Shown here: positions 41,184 through 50,930 of the stretch, in pieces | Layout of the letters: every line of letters starts with the position of its first letter | How positions within the stretch are numbered: the stretch's first letter is position 1 | Source of the DNA: Magnetovibrionaceae bacterium | GTDB lineage: Bacteria > Pseudomonadota > Alphaproteobacteria > Rhodospirillales > JBMYSY01 | DNA length: 64,000 bases | Direction of reading: 5' to 3' | Assembly: GCA_049603795.1 (NCBI GenBank) | Contig: JBMYSY010000011.1 | Location: 920-64,919 of the forward strand | Translations under genes and position numbers: made by a program | The notes under the pieces: generated by a model | What the model saw: the letters and a program-made list of their open reading frames with translations, nothing else | What the model was told of the DNA's origin: nothing | The model's database searches: none

Positions 41184-42986
41184 TTAAGCCAGGAAATCCA
41201 CCCGACCGTCGGGTCGGATCCCGACAAAGTTCTCGGTTACCTCTTCCAGCGCGGCCTGGACGGGGTCTTCGGAGACGGCAGATTGATCGCCGAAGCCGCC
41301 TTTTCCGTTTCCGTTCTGGGCAAAGGCGCTGCCGTCACCCTGTTCGCGAAGGTTGAAGGACAGCGAGCTTGAATCGGCCTGCAGACCGGCATCCTGAAGC
41401 GCTTTCTCCAGCTGCTTCGCATCGGCCTTCAACTGGTCGAGGGTTTCCTGCTTCTCGACGGTCACAACGGCGGAGACCTTGCCGTCCTTGGCCAGTTCGA
41501 GTTGGACTTCCACCCGACCCAGTTCCGCCGGCTTCAACTGGATCGAAATCCGGTCTTCGCCGTCGGCCAGCGCCTTGGTGATCGAAACATTCACCTGGTC
41601 GGCGACGTTCTGGGCCTGGCTTTGCGGCTTGGTCTGTTGGGCTATGGCCTTCGGATCGTTCGCCGCGTTGGTGTGGGTGTTGCCTGCCGTGTTGGTATTG
41701 GCGGCGGCTGCGGCATCGGCCTGGACCATGCCTTGCGGGCCGGAATTCAGATTGGCCTGAGCCACCTGGGCTTGCGGGGCGGCGGCCTTGGCATCAAGCC
41801 CACTTGCCGCTTGGACGGCCTGCTTTGCCCCGGCATTCTGCGCCTGCTGGGCCTGGTTCTGATTTTGTTGCTGCGTCTGTTGGGCAGCCATGCCGATCTG
41901 CCCGGCATTGGGGTTCTGTTGGCTCCGCAGCGTCGGCTGTTGTTCGTTCGCGCCCGCCTGAGCCTGCTGGCCGGCCTTGTCCGTGACCACTTCGCGGTTC
42001 ACCTGAACCTGGACGTCCAGCTTCTGGCCCTCTCCCAGCTTCTGAGACAGGTCGGCTGCCTGCTGGGCGGCGTTGGTTTGTGTCTTCGGCTGGCTCGCGG
42101 CCTTATCCGCATTCTTGCTGGCATCCGCCTGAGCCTGGGCTGCCGCCTGGGCATCGGCCTTTCCTTGGCCTGTGTTCTGGGCCTGGCCATTCTGCGGGCC
42201 GGCCTGCTGTTTCTGCGCACCCTGCTGGGTGGCGGCAGCGGCGACGACCGTCTGTGCCTGGTTCTGGCTTGTCGCGTTCTGGGCCTGGGCATTCGGGTCA
42301 ACAACCTGCGCCTGCTGCCCTTGCGTGTTCTGCGCCTGTTGAGCCGCACCGGCAACGGCACCTGCGAGCATCTGTTCAGGTGTCAGTCCGGGGTTCTGAA
42401 CAGCCGCCTGGGCTGCCTCGGCACCACCCTGGTTCTGCTGCGGGCCCTGCTTGTTCTGGCCGGCCATCTGCTGATTGCTGTCCGACATATTCTGTTCGCC
42501 GCTGTCAGCACTGGCCTTGTCGGATGCGCCCTTGTCGGAGGAGGAGGTGTCAGAGGCGGACTTGTTGTCGCGCACATCACCGCTGTCGCGATCCCGGGCC
42601 ACGACGTCATCGTTGCTGTTCGAATTGGCATCGCGCGGCTCGTCGCGGGGCCCCTGGTCGCCCCGGTCCTGGCGGTTCGTGTCGGGTCGGTCGTCGACGC
42701 GGTCATCCTGTGCGCGGGCTGTATCGTCGCGCTGCGGTTCCCGTTCGGACCGATTGGTTTCCGGTTCGGGACGGGTGTCCGGGCGGTCATTGCCGTGTTC
42801 AACGGTCGCGATGCCGCCCCGGTCGGTAATGGTCTGCAAGGTGCTGTCCACGCGCCCGGTGGCCAACTGCATCATATCGGCGAAGTTTACCGGCAGGCCG
42901 CCCAGGCCCTCCAGCGTCTGCTGCGCCTGACCAGCCTGGCTGACGTTTCCGCCGAAGATGCGGGATTTGACCTCTGAAACATCCAT
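41184..42986 (-). CDS. fliK: Flagellar hook-length control protein FliK
   Basis: ATG 42986 is preceded by GGAGA. It has a Gln/Ala-rich central ruler and the C-terminal Flg_hook domain ISIQLKPAELGRVEVQLELAKDGKVSAVVTVEKQETLDQLK. The six-frame ORF extends to 43076, over the predicted promoter. Confidence 0.85.
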   Translation of the reverse strand: MDVSEVKSRIFGGNVSQAGQAQQTLEGLGGLPVNFADMMQLATGRVDSTLQTITDRGGIATVEHGNDRPDTRPEPETNRSEREPQRDDTARAQDDRVDDRPDTNRQDRGDQGPRDEPRDANSNSNDDVVARDRDSGDVRDNKSASDTSSSDKGASDKASADSGEQNMSDSNQQMAGQNKQGPQQNQGGAEAAQAAVQNPGLTPEQMLAGAVAGAAQQAQNTQGQQAQVVDPNAQAQNATSQNQAQTVVAAAATQQGAQKQQAGPQNGQAQNTGQGKADAQAAAQAQADASKNADKAASQPKTQTNAAQQAADLSQKLGEGQKLDVQVQVNREVVTDKAGQQAQAGANEQQPTLRSQQNPNAGQIGMAAQQTQQQNQNQAQQAQNAGAKQAVQAASGLDAKAAAPQAQVAQANLNSGPQGMVQADAAAAANTNTAGNTHTNAANDPKAIAQQTKPQSQAQNVADQVNVSITKALADGEDRISIQLKPAELGRVEVQLELAKDGKVSAVVTVEKQETLDQLKADAKQLEKALQDAGLQADSSSLSFNLREQGDGSAFAQNGNGKGGFGDQSAVSEDPVQAALEEVTENFVGIRPDGRVDFLA

Positions 42987-43071
42987 TTTTCTTTCTCCGT
43001 CCCTTAGAGGAGTCTGTTGTCGCCGGACCTTCTCTCTGGACCTGCGACGGGAATTCGCTCGAGCCCTATTC

Positions 43072-43088
43072 AGCAAGGGGCGGGCCAG
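43072..43088 (-). promoter_or_regulatory. Sigma54-type promoter (-24 TGGCCC / -12 TTGCT) upstream of fliK-flgD-flgE
   Basis: The minus strand reads CTGGCCCGCCCCTTGCTG, which has exact GG-N10-GC spacing and matches 10 of 11 consensus positions. It lies about 90 nt upstream of the fliK ATG. A sigma54 activator is encoded in the window. Confidence 0.5.
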
Positions 43089-43299
43089 TTTGTTTTGGTG
43101 AGGTTAAGGTGCTGTTTTTATGTATTTATTTTGGATTCCCGCCAGCGGCTATTGGGTTTTTTCCCTTGCCGCCCGGCAATAATTGCAGGGTCTGCCGGTC
43201 ACGATTTTCCGGGTTGTGCCGGAAATCGGCCGTCTGGCGTATACTCCTGGCAACGGATTCGGTGCCGGGTCCTCCGGCAAACAGGCCAGAAGAAAACCG

Positions 43300-44265
43300 A
43301 TGAGATTTCTGATTTGCGGGCTCGGCTCCATCGGACGGCGGCACTTGCAGCTGGTCCGTTCCCGCTTTCCCGGCGATGTCCCTCTGGTTCTGCGCCGGGC
43401 CGAGACCTTTGGGGATGACACATCAGAAGCCGAAGTGGTCTTTTCTCTCGATCAGGCCATTGCCGGAAAACCCCAAGCGGCGATCATCGCGACCCCGGCA
43501 CCTTTCCATGTGGAAGCCGCCCGCCGCCTGCTTGAAGCCCAGATCACCTGCCTGATCGAGAAGCCCTTGAGCCATCAACTGAGCGTACTTTCTCCCGCCT
43601 TGCCAGAGACCGCGCCCGCCCGTGTCGCCTATTGTCTGAGGTTTCATCCGGTGGTGCGCTGCGTAATGGATAACCTGGCAAAGGTGGGCAGGCCGCAATC
43701 CTTGCGCCTTCGGGTTGGTCAGCATTTGTCCCAATGGCGCCCGGGCAGTGATTGGCGCTCCGGCGTATCCGCCCGGAAGGATCTGGGCGGTGGGGTGTTG
43801 CGCGAACTCAGCCACGAAATCGATCTTGCCCTCTTGATTGCCCGCCAGTTCGGTCTGGGAGACCGGCCCGGCGTCCAGGCGGAGCTGACAAAGGGGGGGC
43901 CGCTCGGCCTTGAGGTCGAGGAGGCGGCCAGCCTTCTGCTCGACTTCGACGGGATGCGCGCCGGGGTAGACCTGGATTTTCACGCCGACCCACCGGTGCG
44001 CCTCGGCGCGGTCGAAGGAACGTACGGCAGCCTGCACTGGGATATGATCAGCTGCCGGGTCGCCTTTACCGATCCAAGCGGCGTCACGAAGGCCCTCAGC
44101 CTGCCCGAGGGCGACATGTACGCTGACCAACTGGAAGACTTCCTGGGCCTGATCGGCGGCGGCACTTCTGGCGCAGCGGACTTGTCAGAAGCGACGGCCG
44201 TGCTCAGGATCATCGAAGCCGCCGAGGCCTCAGGGGTGAAAGGCCCGATCAAGGAAACACCATGA
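43300..44265 (+). CDS. Gfo/Idh/MocA-family NAD(P)-dependent oxidoreductase (sugar pathway)
   Basis: ATG 43300 gives MRFLICGLGSIGRRH, a Rossmann N-terminus. The protein is 321 aa. Its stop overlaps the start of the downstream cytidylyltransferase gene. Confidence 0.75.
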   Translation: MRFLICGLGSIGRRHLQLVRSRFPGDVPLVLRRAETFGDDTSEAEVVFSLDQAIAGKPQAAIIATPAPFHVEAARRLLEAQITCLIEKPLSHQLSVLSPALPETAPARVAYCLRFHPVVRCVMDNLAKVGRPQSLRLRVGQHLSQWRPGSDWRSGVSARKDLGGGVLRELSHEIDLALLIARQFGLGDRPGVQAELTKGGPLGLEVEEAASLLLDFDGMRAGVDLDFHADPPVRLGAVEGTYGSLHWDMISCRVAFTDPSGVTKALSLPEGDMYADQLEDFLGLIGGGTSGAADLSEATAVLRIIEAAEASGVKGPIKETP

Positions 44266-44948
44266 CCGTTACCGCCTTCATCTTTGCCCGTGGTGGCTCG
44301 AAAGGAGTTCCGGGAAAAAACATCCGCCCCCTGGCCGGGCGATCCCTGATCGCGCGGGCGGTGGATTGCGCCAAGGGTGTACCGGCGATCAAGCGGGTTG
44401 TCCTGTCGACCGATGATCCGGCCCTGGCCGAAGAGGGCGAGCGGGCCGGGGCGGAGGTGCCGTTTCTGCGCCCCGCCGAACTGGCGGCGGACGACGCGCC
44501 GGAATGGCTCGCCTGGCGTCATGCGTTGCAGGCCTGCCCGGACACCAGCCTGTTCGTCTCCGTTCCGCCCACGGCACCGCTCCGGGCACCGCAGGATGTC
44601 TCGGCCTGCCTGGATCGCTATGCCGAAGGCGATGTGGACGTCGTCATCACGGCCATGCCCGCCAAGCGTCATCCGGCTTTCAACATGGTGCGCCTGGATG
44701 ATGCCGGTCTCGCTGGCCTGGCTCAGCCGATGGAAAAGATCATCCGCCGCCAGGATGCCCCCGCGCTCTTTGACATGACCACGGTCTGCTATGTTGCTGA
44801 TCCGGGCTTCGTGAAGCTTAAAATGGGCCTCTTCGAAGGGCGGGTCGGCATGGTCGAGGTGCCGGAGGAACGTGCCCTGGATATCGATACACCGCTCGAC
44901 TGGCAAATCGCCGAGGCTCTGATCGTTGCGAAAGAGGATGCTGCATGA
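44262..44948 (+). CDS. Acylneuraminate (nonulosonic acid) cytidylyltransferase, NeuA/LegF/PseF/PtmB-like
   Basis: The N-terminus AFIFARGGSKGVPGKNIRPLAGRSLI is the CTP_transf_3 signature. The protein is 228 aa. Confidence 0.85.
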   Translation: MTVTAFIFARGGSKGVPGKNIRPLAGRSLIARAVDCAKGVPAIKRVVLSTDDPALAEEGERAGAEVPFLRPAELAADDAPEWLAWRHALQACPDTSLFVSVPPTAPLRAPQDVSACLDRYAEGDVDVVITAMPAKRHPAFNMVRLDDAGLAGLAQPMEKIIRRQDAPALFDMTTVCYVADPGFVKLKMGLFEGRVGMVEVPEERALDIDTPLDWQIAEALIVAKEDAA

Positions 44949-45718
44949 TGCCGCCTAAACTACCCAAGGGCTTCGATCTGTCCGGGCGCGTCGTCCTGGT
45001 CACCGGCGGGGCGGGACACCTGGGCCGATCAACCGTTGGCTTTTTCGAAGACCTGGGTGCCACGGTCTGTGTGGCTGATCGGACGTCGGCCGAAGGCCTG
45101 GGGTCTTTCGGCTTCACGGTGGATCTCGAGGACGAAGCCGCAACACGAGCCCTGCCCACCCAGGTGGTCGAGGCCTGCGCACGGCTCGACATCATTGTCG
45201 CCAATGCGGCCTTTGTGGGCACGAGCGATCTTGACGGCTGGGCGGTGCCTTTCGAACAGCAAAGCCTGGAGACCTGGCGGCGCGCGGTCGAAGTCAACCT
45301 GACGTCCGTCTTCAACCTGGTCCAGGCTGCAACCCCGCACCTGAAGGCTTCAGGGCAGGGAGCGGTTGTCCTGGTCTCGTCGATCTATGGTGCCCACGGG
45401 CCGGATTGGGGTCTCTACGAGGGCACGACCCTTGGAAATCCGGCAGCCTATGGTGCCTCCAAGGGGGGACTGGAACAGCTTTGCCGCTGGCTGGCGACAA
45501 CACTGGCCCCCGACATCCGCGTCAATGCCGTTCGTCCGGGCGGCATTGAACGTGGACAGGACCCCGCCTTTCAGGGGCGCTACTGCGAAAAAGTGCCCAT
45601 GGGCCGCATGGCGGTCGAGGCCGATGTGGCCGCGGCCATCGGTTTTCTGGCGAGTGATCTGGCTGGCTATATCACGGGCCAGGTGCTGGCGGTGGACGGA
45701 GGATGGAGCGCCTGGTAA
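44945..45718 (+). CDS. SDR-family oxidoreductase (PtmA-like position next to the cytidylyltransferase)
   Basis: It shows VTGGAGHLG, the YGASKGG catalytic motif, and RVNAVRPG. It overlaps the upstream gene by 4 nt. Confidence 0.85.
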   Translation: MMPPKLPKGFDLSGRVVLVTGGAGHLGRSTVGFFEDLGATVCVADRTSAEGLGSFGFTVDLEDEAATRALPTQVVEACARLDIIVANAAFVGTSDLDGWAVPFEQQSLETWRRAVEVNLTSVFNLVQAATPHLKASGQGAVVLVSSIYGAHGPDWGLYEGTTLGNPAAYGASKGGLEQLCRWLATTLAPDIRVNAVRPGGIERGQDPAFQGRYCEKVPMGRMAVEADVAAAIGFLASDLAGYITGQVLAVDGGWSAW

Positions 45719-45739
45719 CGGGCCGGACAGCCGCATCTT

Positions 45740-46897
45740 ATGACCATCGAACGGATCATCCTTGTCACCCACAATGTGCCGAACCACTTTCACCCCCGTC
45801 TGGTGCGGGACCTGGGCGCGGCTTTTGAAGGCTTGGGATTTGAGACCCAGGTTTTCCTGCCGGCCATCGACGGGTCCGATGCCGCACCTTTTCTCCAGGC
45901 CTTGGCGGAAGGGGCCAAAGCCGGACCGGAGAAGACCCTGTTGGTCGACGTCAATGCGCGGGTCCGATTGCCCGATGCCGAACCGTTCAGGCGGTTTTCC
46001 ATCATTATCGATCACGCCTATCAGCATGTAGAGCGTCTGCGCGCGTTGCCGGACCAAGCCGTTGTCGGCTTCATGGACAGCGACAGTCCGGCTTTTCTCA
46101 GCAAGCTTGGAATCAACAGAAGCCATATTCGCCTGCACCATGCGGCATCGGTCACGCCCGAGCCGCCGATGCCGATCCCCGAACGCGAAATCGATATTCT
46201 GTTTCCGGGAAGGCTGGAACGTCAGCACGCTCGCGATGCTTTCCAGGCCCATCTGGCGGAAGCGCCCCCTCCCGTCGCCCGGGCGACCTTGGAATTTGCT
46301 GATCGCCTGGTGGCCGGGCAGGAGACCTCGGAGGCCTTTCCTGCGGCCTTTTCGGCGCAAGGGATCGGGCTGGAGCAGTTGGACGATGAAAGCCTCTTTC
46401 AGGTGGGGCAGATGGCCTATGGCTACGCGGAGGCTCACCTGCGTTACCGGGTGTTGACGGCGCTGGAGGGGCTTCCTGTTACTGTCATCGGGCAGGTTTC
46501 GCGGGACTTCTTTTCCAGGCCTCCCGGCGGCTTCCGGTTTCTCGGGCCGCAATCCTTCGATCAGGTGGTCGAGGCCATGGGGCGGTCGAAAATCTGTTTG
46601 AACCTGCTGGGCGTGAACCCTTTGTCCAGCCATGAGCGGATGTTCTACGCCAGTGCCGCCGGGGCCGTGCTGGCGACCGATGGCAATCTCTTTGTCCAAG
46701 AGACCTACCGGGACGGCCATTCCTGTGCCGTGATCTCGCCAGAGTCCGCCCGCTCGAAAGTGGAAGCTCTCTTGGCGGAGCCGGAAAAGGCCGGGGCCAT
46801 CGCCGCGACCGGGCGAGCCCTGGTGGCTTCCGCTCACAGTTGGACCCACCGGGCCAGAGATATTCTTGCCGCTTGCGGCGTCGCGGTTTCAGCCTGA
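45740..46897 (+). CDS. Hypothetical protein with CgeB/GT1-like C-terminal region
   Basis: In this 385-aa protein the C-terminal third (ICLNLLGVNPLSSHERMFYASAAGAVLATD..AEPEKAGAIAATGRALV..HSWTHRA) resembles CgeB-type glycosyltransferase tails. The assignment is weak. Confidence 0.45.
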   Translation: MTIERIILVTHNVPNHFHPRLVRDLGAAFEGLGFETQVFLPAIDGSDAAPFLQALAEGAKAGPEKTLLVDVNARVRLPDAEPFRRFSIIIDHAYQHVERLRALPDQAVVGFMDSDSPAFLSKLGINRSHIRLHHAASVTPEPPMPIPEREIDILFPGRLERQHARDAFQAHLAEAPPPVARATLEFADRLVAGQETSEAFPAAFSAQGIGLEQLDDESLFQVGQMAYGYAEAHLRYRVLTALEGLPVTVIGQVSRDFFSRPPGGFRFLGPQSFDQVVEAMGRSKICLNLLGVNPLSSHERMFYASAAGAVLATDGNLFVQETYRDGHSCAVISPESARSKVEALLAEPEKAGAIAATGRALVASAHSWTHRARDILAACGVAVSA

Positions 46898-49075
46898 GCC
46901 TGAGGCGGATATCTGACGGTAGAGCGCGCGCAATTTGGTATCGAAATCCCTCGCGAATCCTGCGCTGTCGCATACGGGCGAAGCCACGAAGCGTTCCCTC
47001 AATCCCTTCCGGGCTTCGGCCAGAGTATCCTTGTCCCGCCCGAGAGCGACGGCCTTGGCCACGAAGTCGGCCTTGTCTTCCGCGATCCATTCGGCCAGCC
47101 CGGCATGGTACAGGTGGCTGGCGGCATGGCGGCTGACGAAGCGCCTGCCCTTCCAGGCAATCACCGGGACCCCCATCCAAAGCGCCTCGCAGGCCGTCAC
47201 ACCGGCGGAATAGGGGGTCGAATCGAGCGCGACGTCAATCTGGTCATATGCCCCGATGAAGGCATGATGGCCGGCCCCCGGGATCAAGGTGATGCGGTCT
47301 TCTGAAAGGCCCAGGGCAGCGAGCCGGTCGAGAAAGGCCCGCGCGATGTCGCGCTGATCGAAACCGGGGGAGTTCAGCACCAATCGGCTGTCCGGCAGAG
47401 TGTTCAGAATCTCGGCAAAGGCTTCGAGGCAGCGGGGCGACAGCTTGAAGCTGGCACTGAAACAACCGAAGGTCAGCGGCCCGCCCGACAGAAGACTTCC
47501 CCTGGAGGGCAGAAGCGGCGTGTGGTCCGGTCCATAGGCCGGGGGGCGGAAGCAGGTATGGTCACCGCCCAGCCGGATCACCCGTTCCGAATAGAGCCCG
47601 TCATCGGCTTCCGGCGATTGGATGGCATCCCCGATGAAAGCGTCCACGGCGTCCAGGCACGTTGTCGAGACGGCATCCATCCAGACGGCCTGAACCGGCG
47701 CGGGGCGGCGCGCCAGGAGATCCAGGCTATTGCCGCGCACATGGCCGTCCATCTCGACCAGCACGTCGATCCCCGCGGCCCTGACAGTTTCGGCGCGGGC
47801 CTCCAGGCTCATCCCCGCCAGGTCGAAAAACCGCGTCGCGTGCCGCTCGAAGACGGGGGTCCAGCCATCGGGTTTGGGCGTGGTCGAAAAGAGAACGATG
47901 TCGGTCCTGGTCTGGTCCCAGGCCTGGAGCGGGCCCAAAAACAGTGACATGTGGGCATATTCGCGAAAACCACTGGAAAGAAAGCCGATGGTGAACCGGT
48001 TGCCCTCTTCCAGTTCCCGCATCGGTGGCCGGTCGGGGGTTGCCGCGTTCAGGGGTTCTGCCCGCCTTGTCCTTGGTCGAAGGCGCTCCTCCGGGCCGCA
48101 GTCCTGGGCATAGAGCTGGCAGGAAATGAAGGTGTCGAGAAGCGCCGTCTGTTCAGGCTTCAAAGCCGCCGCCCGCTCCAGATCGCTCAAAGCCTCATCG
48201 GCAAGTCCCAGGGCAAAGCGGCCCATGCCCCGGTTGTAGAGAGCGTCGGCGTTATCGGGTTCGATCCGGAGCACGTCTTCCCAGAGCCGCATCGCCTCGC
48301 CCAGCCGTCCCGCGGCTTGCAGGCATTCGCCCAACCGGACGCGGGGGGCCGTGAGCCAGGGCTGCAACTCGACGGCCTGAACTTGGTGGTGCAGGGCACG
48401 TTCGGGGTCGTTCAGGGCCATGTGGGCTTCGGCGGCGAGGCCTTGTATTTCGCCGCTTTCGGGCTTTTGGGCGACCAGGGTTTCGGCTTCCGTCAGGGCT
48501 TCCCGGCCCCGGCCCAACTGGATCAAGGCCAGGGCCAGATTGCGCCGCGCCTCCTGGAACCCGGGGTCCTGGTCGAGCGCCCGGTTCAAAACCGAAAGCG
48601 CCTCATCTGCGCGCTGCTGGGCGACCAGCAATCCGCCCAACCCGGACATCAGGGCCGGATCGCCGGGCGCGGCCTGGAGAGCCTGCCGGTAGAGGCCTTC
48701 TGCCGCTGTCCGGTCGCCCGCCTGCCAGCACCAGAAGGCCAGGGGGCCCAGAACCCGGGGATCCTCTGGCCGGAGCAGGCGCGCGCGTTTCAGGGCTTCG
48801 CCTGAAACAGCCATGTCCCCGGCGGCCAGGGCGATTGTTCCAAGGTTGGTCAGGATGTCCGGATCACGGGGTTTGAGCTGCGCCGCCCGTCCCAGCAGCA
48901 GGCGGGCGGTTTTGGCATCCCCCGCAGCATGGCGGACAAGGCCGCGAAGATGATGCGCCTCGGCGAGGTCAGGGGTCTCGCGCAGCAGGTCGTCCAGCAG
49001 CGAGTCGGCCTCCGTCAGTTCGCCCTGCTGAAAAGCCTGTGCCGCTCGGGCAAGGACGGTCCCTGCTTCCGTCAC
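46889..49075 (-). CDS. TPR-repeat protein with GT41-like glycosyltransferase domain, paralogue 3
   Basis: The 728-aa protein has about ten TPRs followed by FTIGFLSSGFREYAHM, IDVLVEMDGHVRGNSL, RPAPVQAVWM, FGCFSA and VALDSTPYSAGVTACEALWMGVPV. Confidence 0.8.
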   Translation of the reverse strand: MTEAGTVLARAAQAFQQGELTEADSLLDDLLRETPDLAEAHHLRGLVRHAAGDAKTARLLLGRAAQLKPRDPDILTNLGTIALAAGDMAVSGEALKRARLLRPEDPRVLGPLAFWCWQAGDRTAAEGLYRQALQAAPGDPALMSGLGGLLVAQQRADEALSVLNRALDQDPGFQEARRNLALALIQLGRGREALTEAETLVAQKPESGEIQGLAAEAHMALNDPERALHHQVQAVELQPWLTAPRVRLGECLQAAGRLGEAMRLWEDVLRIEPDNADALYNRGMGRFALGLADEALSDLERAAALKPEQTALLDTFISCQLYAQDCGPEERLRPRTRRAEPLNAATPDRPPMRELEEGNRFTIGFLSSGFREYAHMSLFLGPLQAWDQTRTDIVLFSTTPKPDGWTPVFERHATRFFDLAGMSLEARAETVRAAGIDVLVEMDGHVRGNSLDLLARRPAPVQAVWMDAVSTTCLDAVDAFIGDAIQSPEADDGLYSERVIRLGGDHTCFRPPAYGPDHTPLLPSRGSLLSGGPLTFGCFSASFKLSPRCLEAFAEILNTLPDSRLVLNSPGFDQRDIARAFLDRLAALGLSEDRITLIPGAGHHAFIGAYDQIDVALDSTPYSAGVTACEALWMGVPVIAWKGRRFVSRHAASHLYHAGLAEWIAEDKADFVAKAVALGRDKDTLAEARKGLRERFVASPVCDSAGFARDFDTKLRALYRQISASGSG

Positions 49076-49905
49076 GGGGTAGCTCCGCCGAACGCCAGGT
49101 CTGCCCGGTAGCGTGCCAAGATGGCCTGGTTGATGTCTTCGTATCCCGGATAGTCATATTGGTGAATGACAGCGCTGATCGATCCGTCCCGGTTCACGAT
49201 GAAGCCATCGTTGCGCAGGCTGAGGTCCGCCCGTGGAACCAGGCCCAGGGTGTTGACCAGTTTCTGATTCGGCACCAGGACCGCCCCTGGGACGATCCCC
49301 TGGTGGACGATCATCAAATGCGTCGCCTGATCAATGCCCGGCATGAACAGGCTGTCGGGGTTCAGGTGCTCGGCGAGTTTCAGGGTCGCCGAGACATGGG
49401 CGCGCATCCCCAGCGCTGATCCCAGGATCGTGCCGCCACAGAAGATCGCCTTGGCCTCCAGACGCCGCAGAGCCGCTTCGCCAAACCCGGCCCGTACCCA
49501 GTCGCGGTTCGATTCCGATTGGCCGATCAGGCGTCGACCCTCTTCGGCGAAGTGATAGAGCGGAACAGACAGATCGACGGCGAAGGGATCGGACTGGAAA
49601 ACCACATCTCGGGTGTCGCAGTGTAGAAAGTAGTCGTAGGACCGTCCCCGGTCGCTGTCCAAAAATGCCGCAAGCTTGTAGTGTCGCGCCATATGGGGGC
49701 AGCAGGGTGCAGGTTCCGGCATCTGGAACGGTTCCCAGTCGATCCGCCAGGTCTCAAGAAGCTTCTGCGTGCGCGCGTCGGGCGCGGGGTAGTCGCAAAA
49801 AAGCAGGCAGTCGCCCAGATAGCCTGCCCGGCGCAGCGAGATCACGAAGGGGGCGAGCTTGTCCGCATTGTAGCCAAGCGCAGCACCGACAATCAGCGTC
49901 TTCAT
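49072..49905 (-). CDS. Hypothetical protein (278 aa) co-transcribed with TPR-GT41 paralogue 3
   Basis: ATG 49905 gives MKTLIVGAALGYNADKLAPFVISL. Its stop overlaps the downstream start by 4 nt. No family was recognised. Confidence 0.55.
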   Translation of the reverse strand: MKTLIVGAALGYNADKLAPFVISLRRAGYLGDCLLFCDYPAPDARTQKLLETWRIDWEPFQMPEPAPCCPHMARHYKLAAFLDSDRGRSYDYFLHCDTRDVVFQSDPFAVDLSVPLYHFAEEGRRLIGQSESNRDWVRAGFGEAALRRLEAKAIFCGGTILGSALGMRAHVSATLKLAEHLNPDSLFMPGIDQATHLMIVHQGIVPGAVLVPNQKLVNTLGLVPRADLSLRNDGFIVNRDGSISAVIHQYDYPGYEDINQAILARYRADLAFGGATP

Positions 49906-50063
49906 AGCCGAACCACAGTCTGTCTCACCAGGCACACCTGTCTTTATAAACGCTGGACAAGGGGAATCCCGCTCTCTAACACTCTCAACCCTAGACTTAG
50001 ACCGCTGGTCAGTGTTCCCAAAGCCTATCCTGCCCACCTTCCACAAAAACAGGCAAGCCAACC

Positions 50064-50930
50064 GTGACCGTCCGCATCATTCCTCGTTTGGAGATTAAAG
50101 GTCCGAACCTGGTTAAGGGGATACGGTTTGAAGGCCTGCGTGTGATGGGCAAACCCGAAGCCTTCGCCAAGGCCTACTACGAAGCCGGTGCGGACGAGAT
50201 CATCTACGTCGATGCGGTGGCCAGTCTCTATGAACGTAACAGCCTGCTCGACCTCGTGCAGCGCACAGCGCGGGAGACCTTCGTGCCGCTGACTGTCGCG
50301 GGGGGGCTGCGGACGATTGACGATATCCGCACGGTGCTGCGCGCCGGGGCCGACAAGGTTGCCCTGAATACCGCCGCCGTGCGCAATCCGGATCTGATCA
50401 ACGAGGCGGCGCGGACTTTTGGTTCCTCCACCATCGTGGTTTCCATCGAGGCGATCCGTCACGGCGATGATCGATATGAGGCCTATACCGATTTCGGTCG
50501 CGAGGAGTCGGGCAAGGATGCCTTCGCCTGGGCGGAAGAGGCCGTCTCGCGCGGGGCGGGCGAGCTGCTGGTTCAGTCCATCGACCGGGATGGCACGGGG
50601 CAGGGTTTCGATCTGGAACTCACCAAGCGGATATCCAGCACGGTGACCGTCCCGGTGATCGCGGCGGGCGGAGCGGGCTCTGTCGACCATGTGGCCGAGG
50701 TGGTGACGGGCGGGGCAGCCGATGCCGTCAGCCTGTCGTCACTGCTGCATTACCACCTCATCCAGACCCTGCCCGTGGACAGCGATGCTTTCAGTGACGA
50801 AGGAAACATCAACTTCCTGAAGACGGGTCGCCAGATCAATCGCCTGGCACCTGCGGGCCTGGTCGCAACCAAGCAGACGCTGCTGGATGCGGGCATTCCT
50901 GTCCGTCCCACCCAGGAGGTGGCAGCCTGA
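50064..50930 (+). CDS. HisF-like imidazole glycerol phosphate synthase cyclase subunit homologue (WbuZ-type, sugar amidotransfer)
   Basis: IIPRLEIKG, PLTVAGGLRT, GADKVALNTAA, SIDRDGTGQGFD and PVIAAGGAG are the HisF barrel motifs. It starts at GTG and lies in a glycan gene context. Confidence 0.85.
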   Translation: MTVRIIPRLEIKGPNLVKGIRFEGLRVMGKPEAFAKAYYEAGADEIIYVDAVASLYERNSLLDLVQRTARETFVPLTVAGGLRTIDDIRTVLRAGADKVALNTAAVRNPDLINEAARTFGSSTIVVSIEAIRHGDDRYEAYTDFGREESGKDAFAWAEEAVSRGAGELLVQSIDRDGTGQGFDLELTKRISSTVTVPVIAAGGAGSVDHVAEVVTGGAADAVSLSSLLHYHLIQTLPVDSDAFSDEGNINFLKTGRQINRLAPAGLVATKQTLLDAGIPVRPTQEVAA

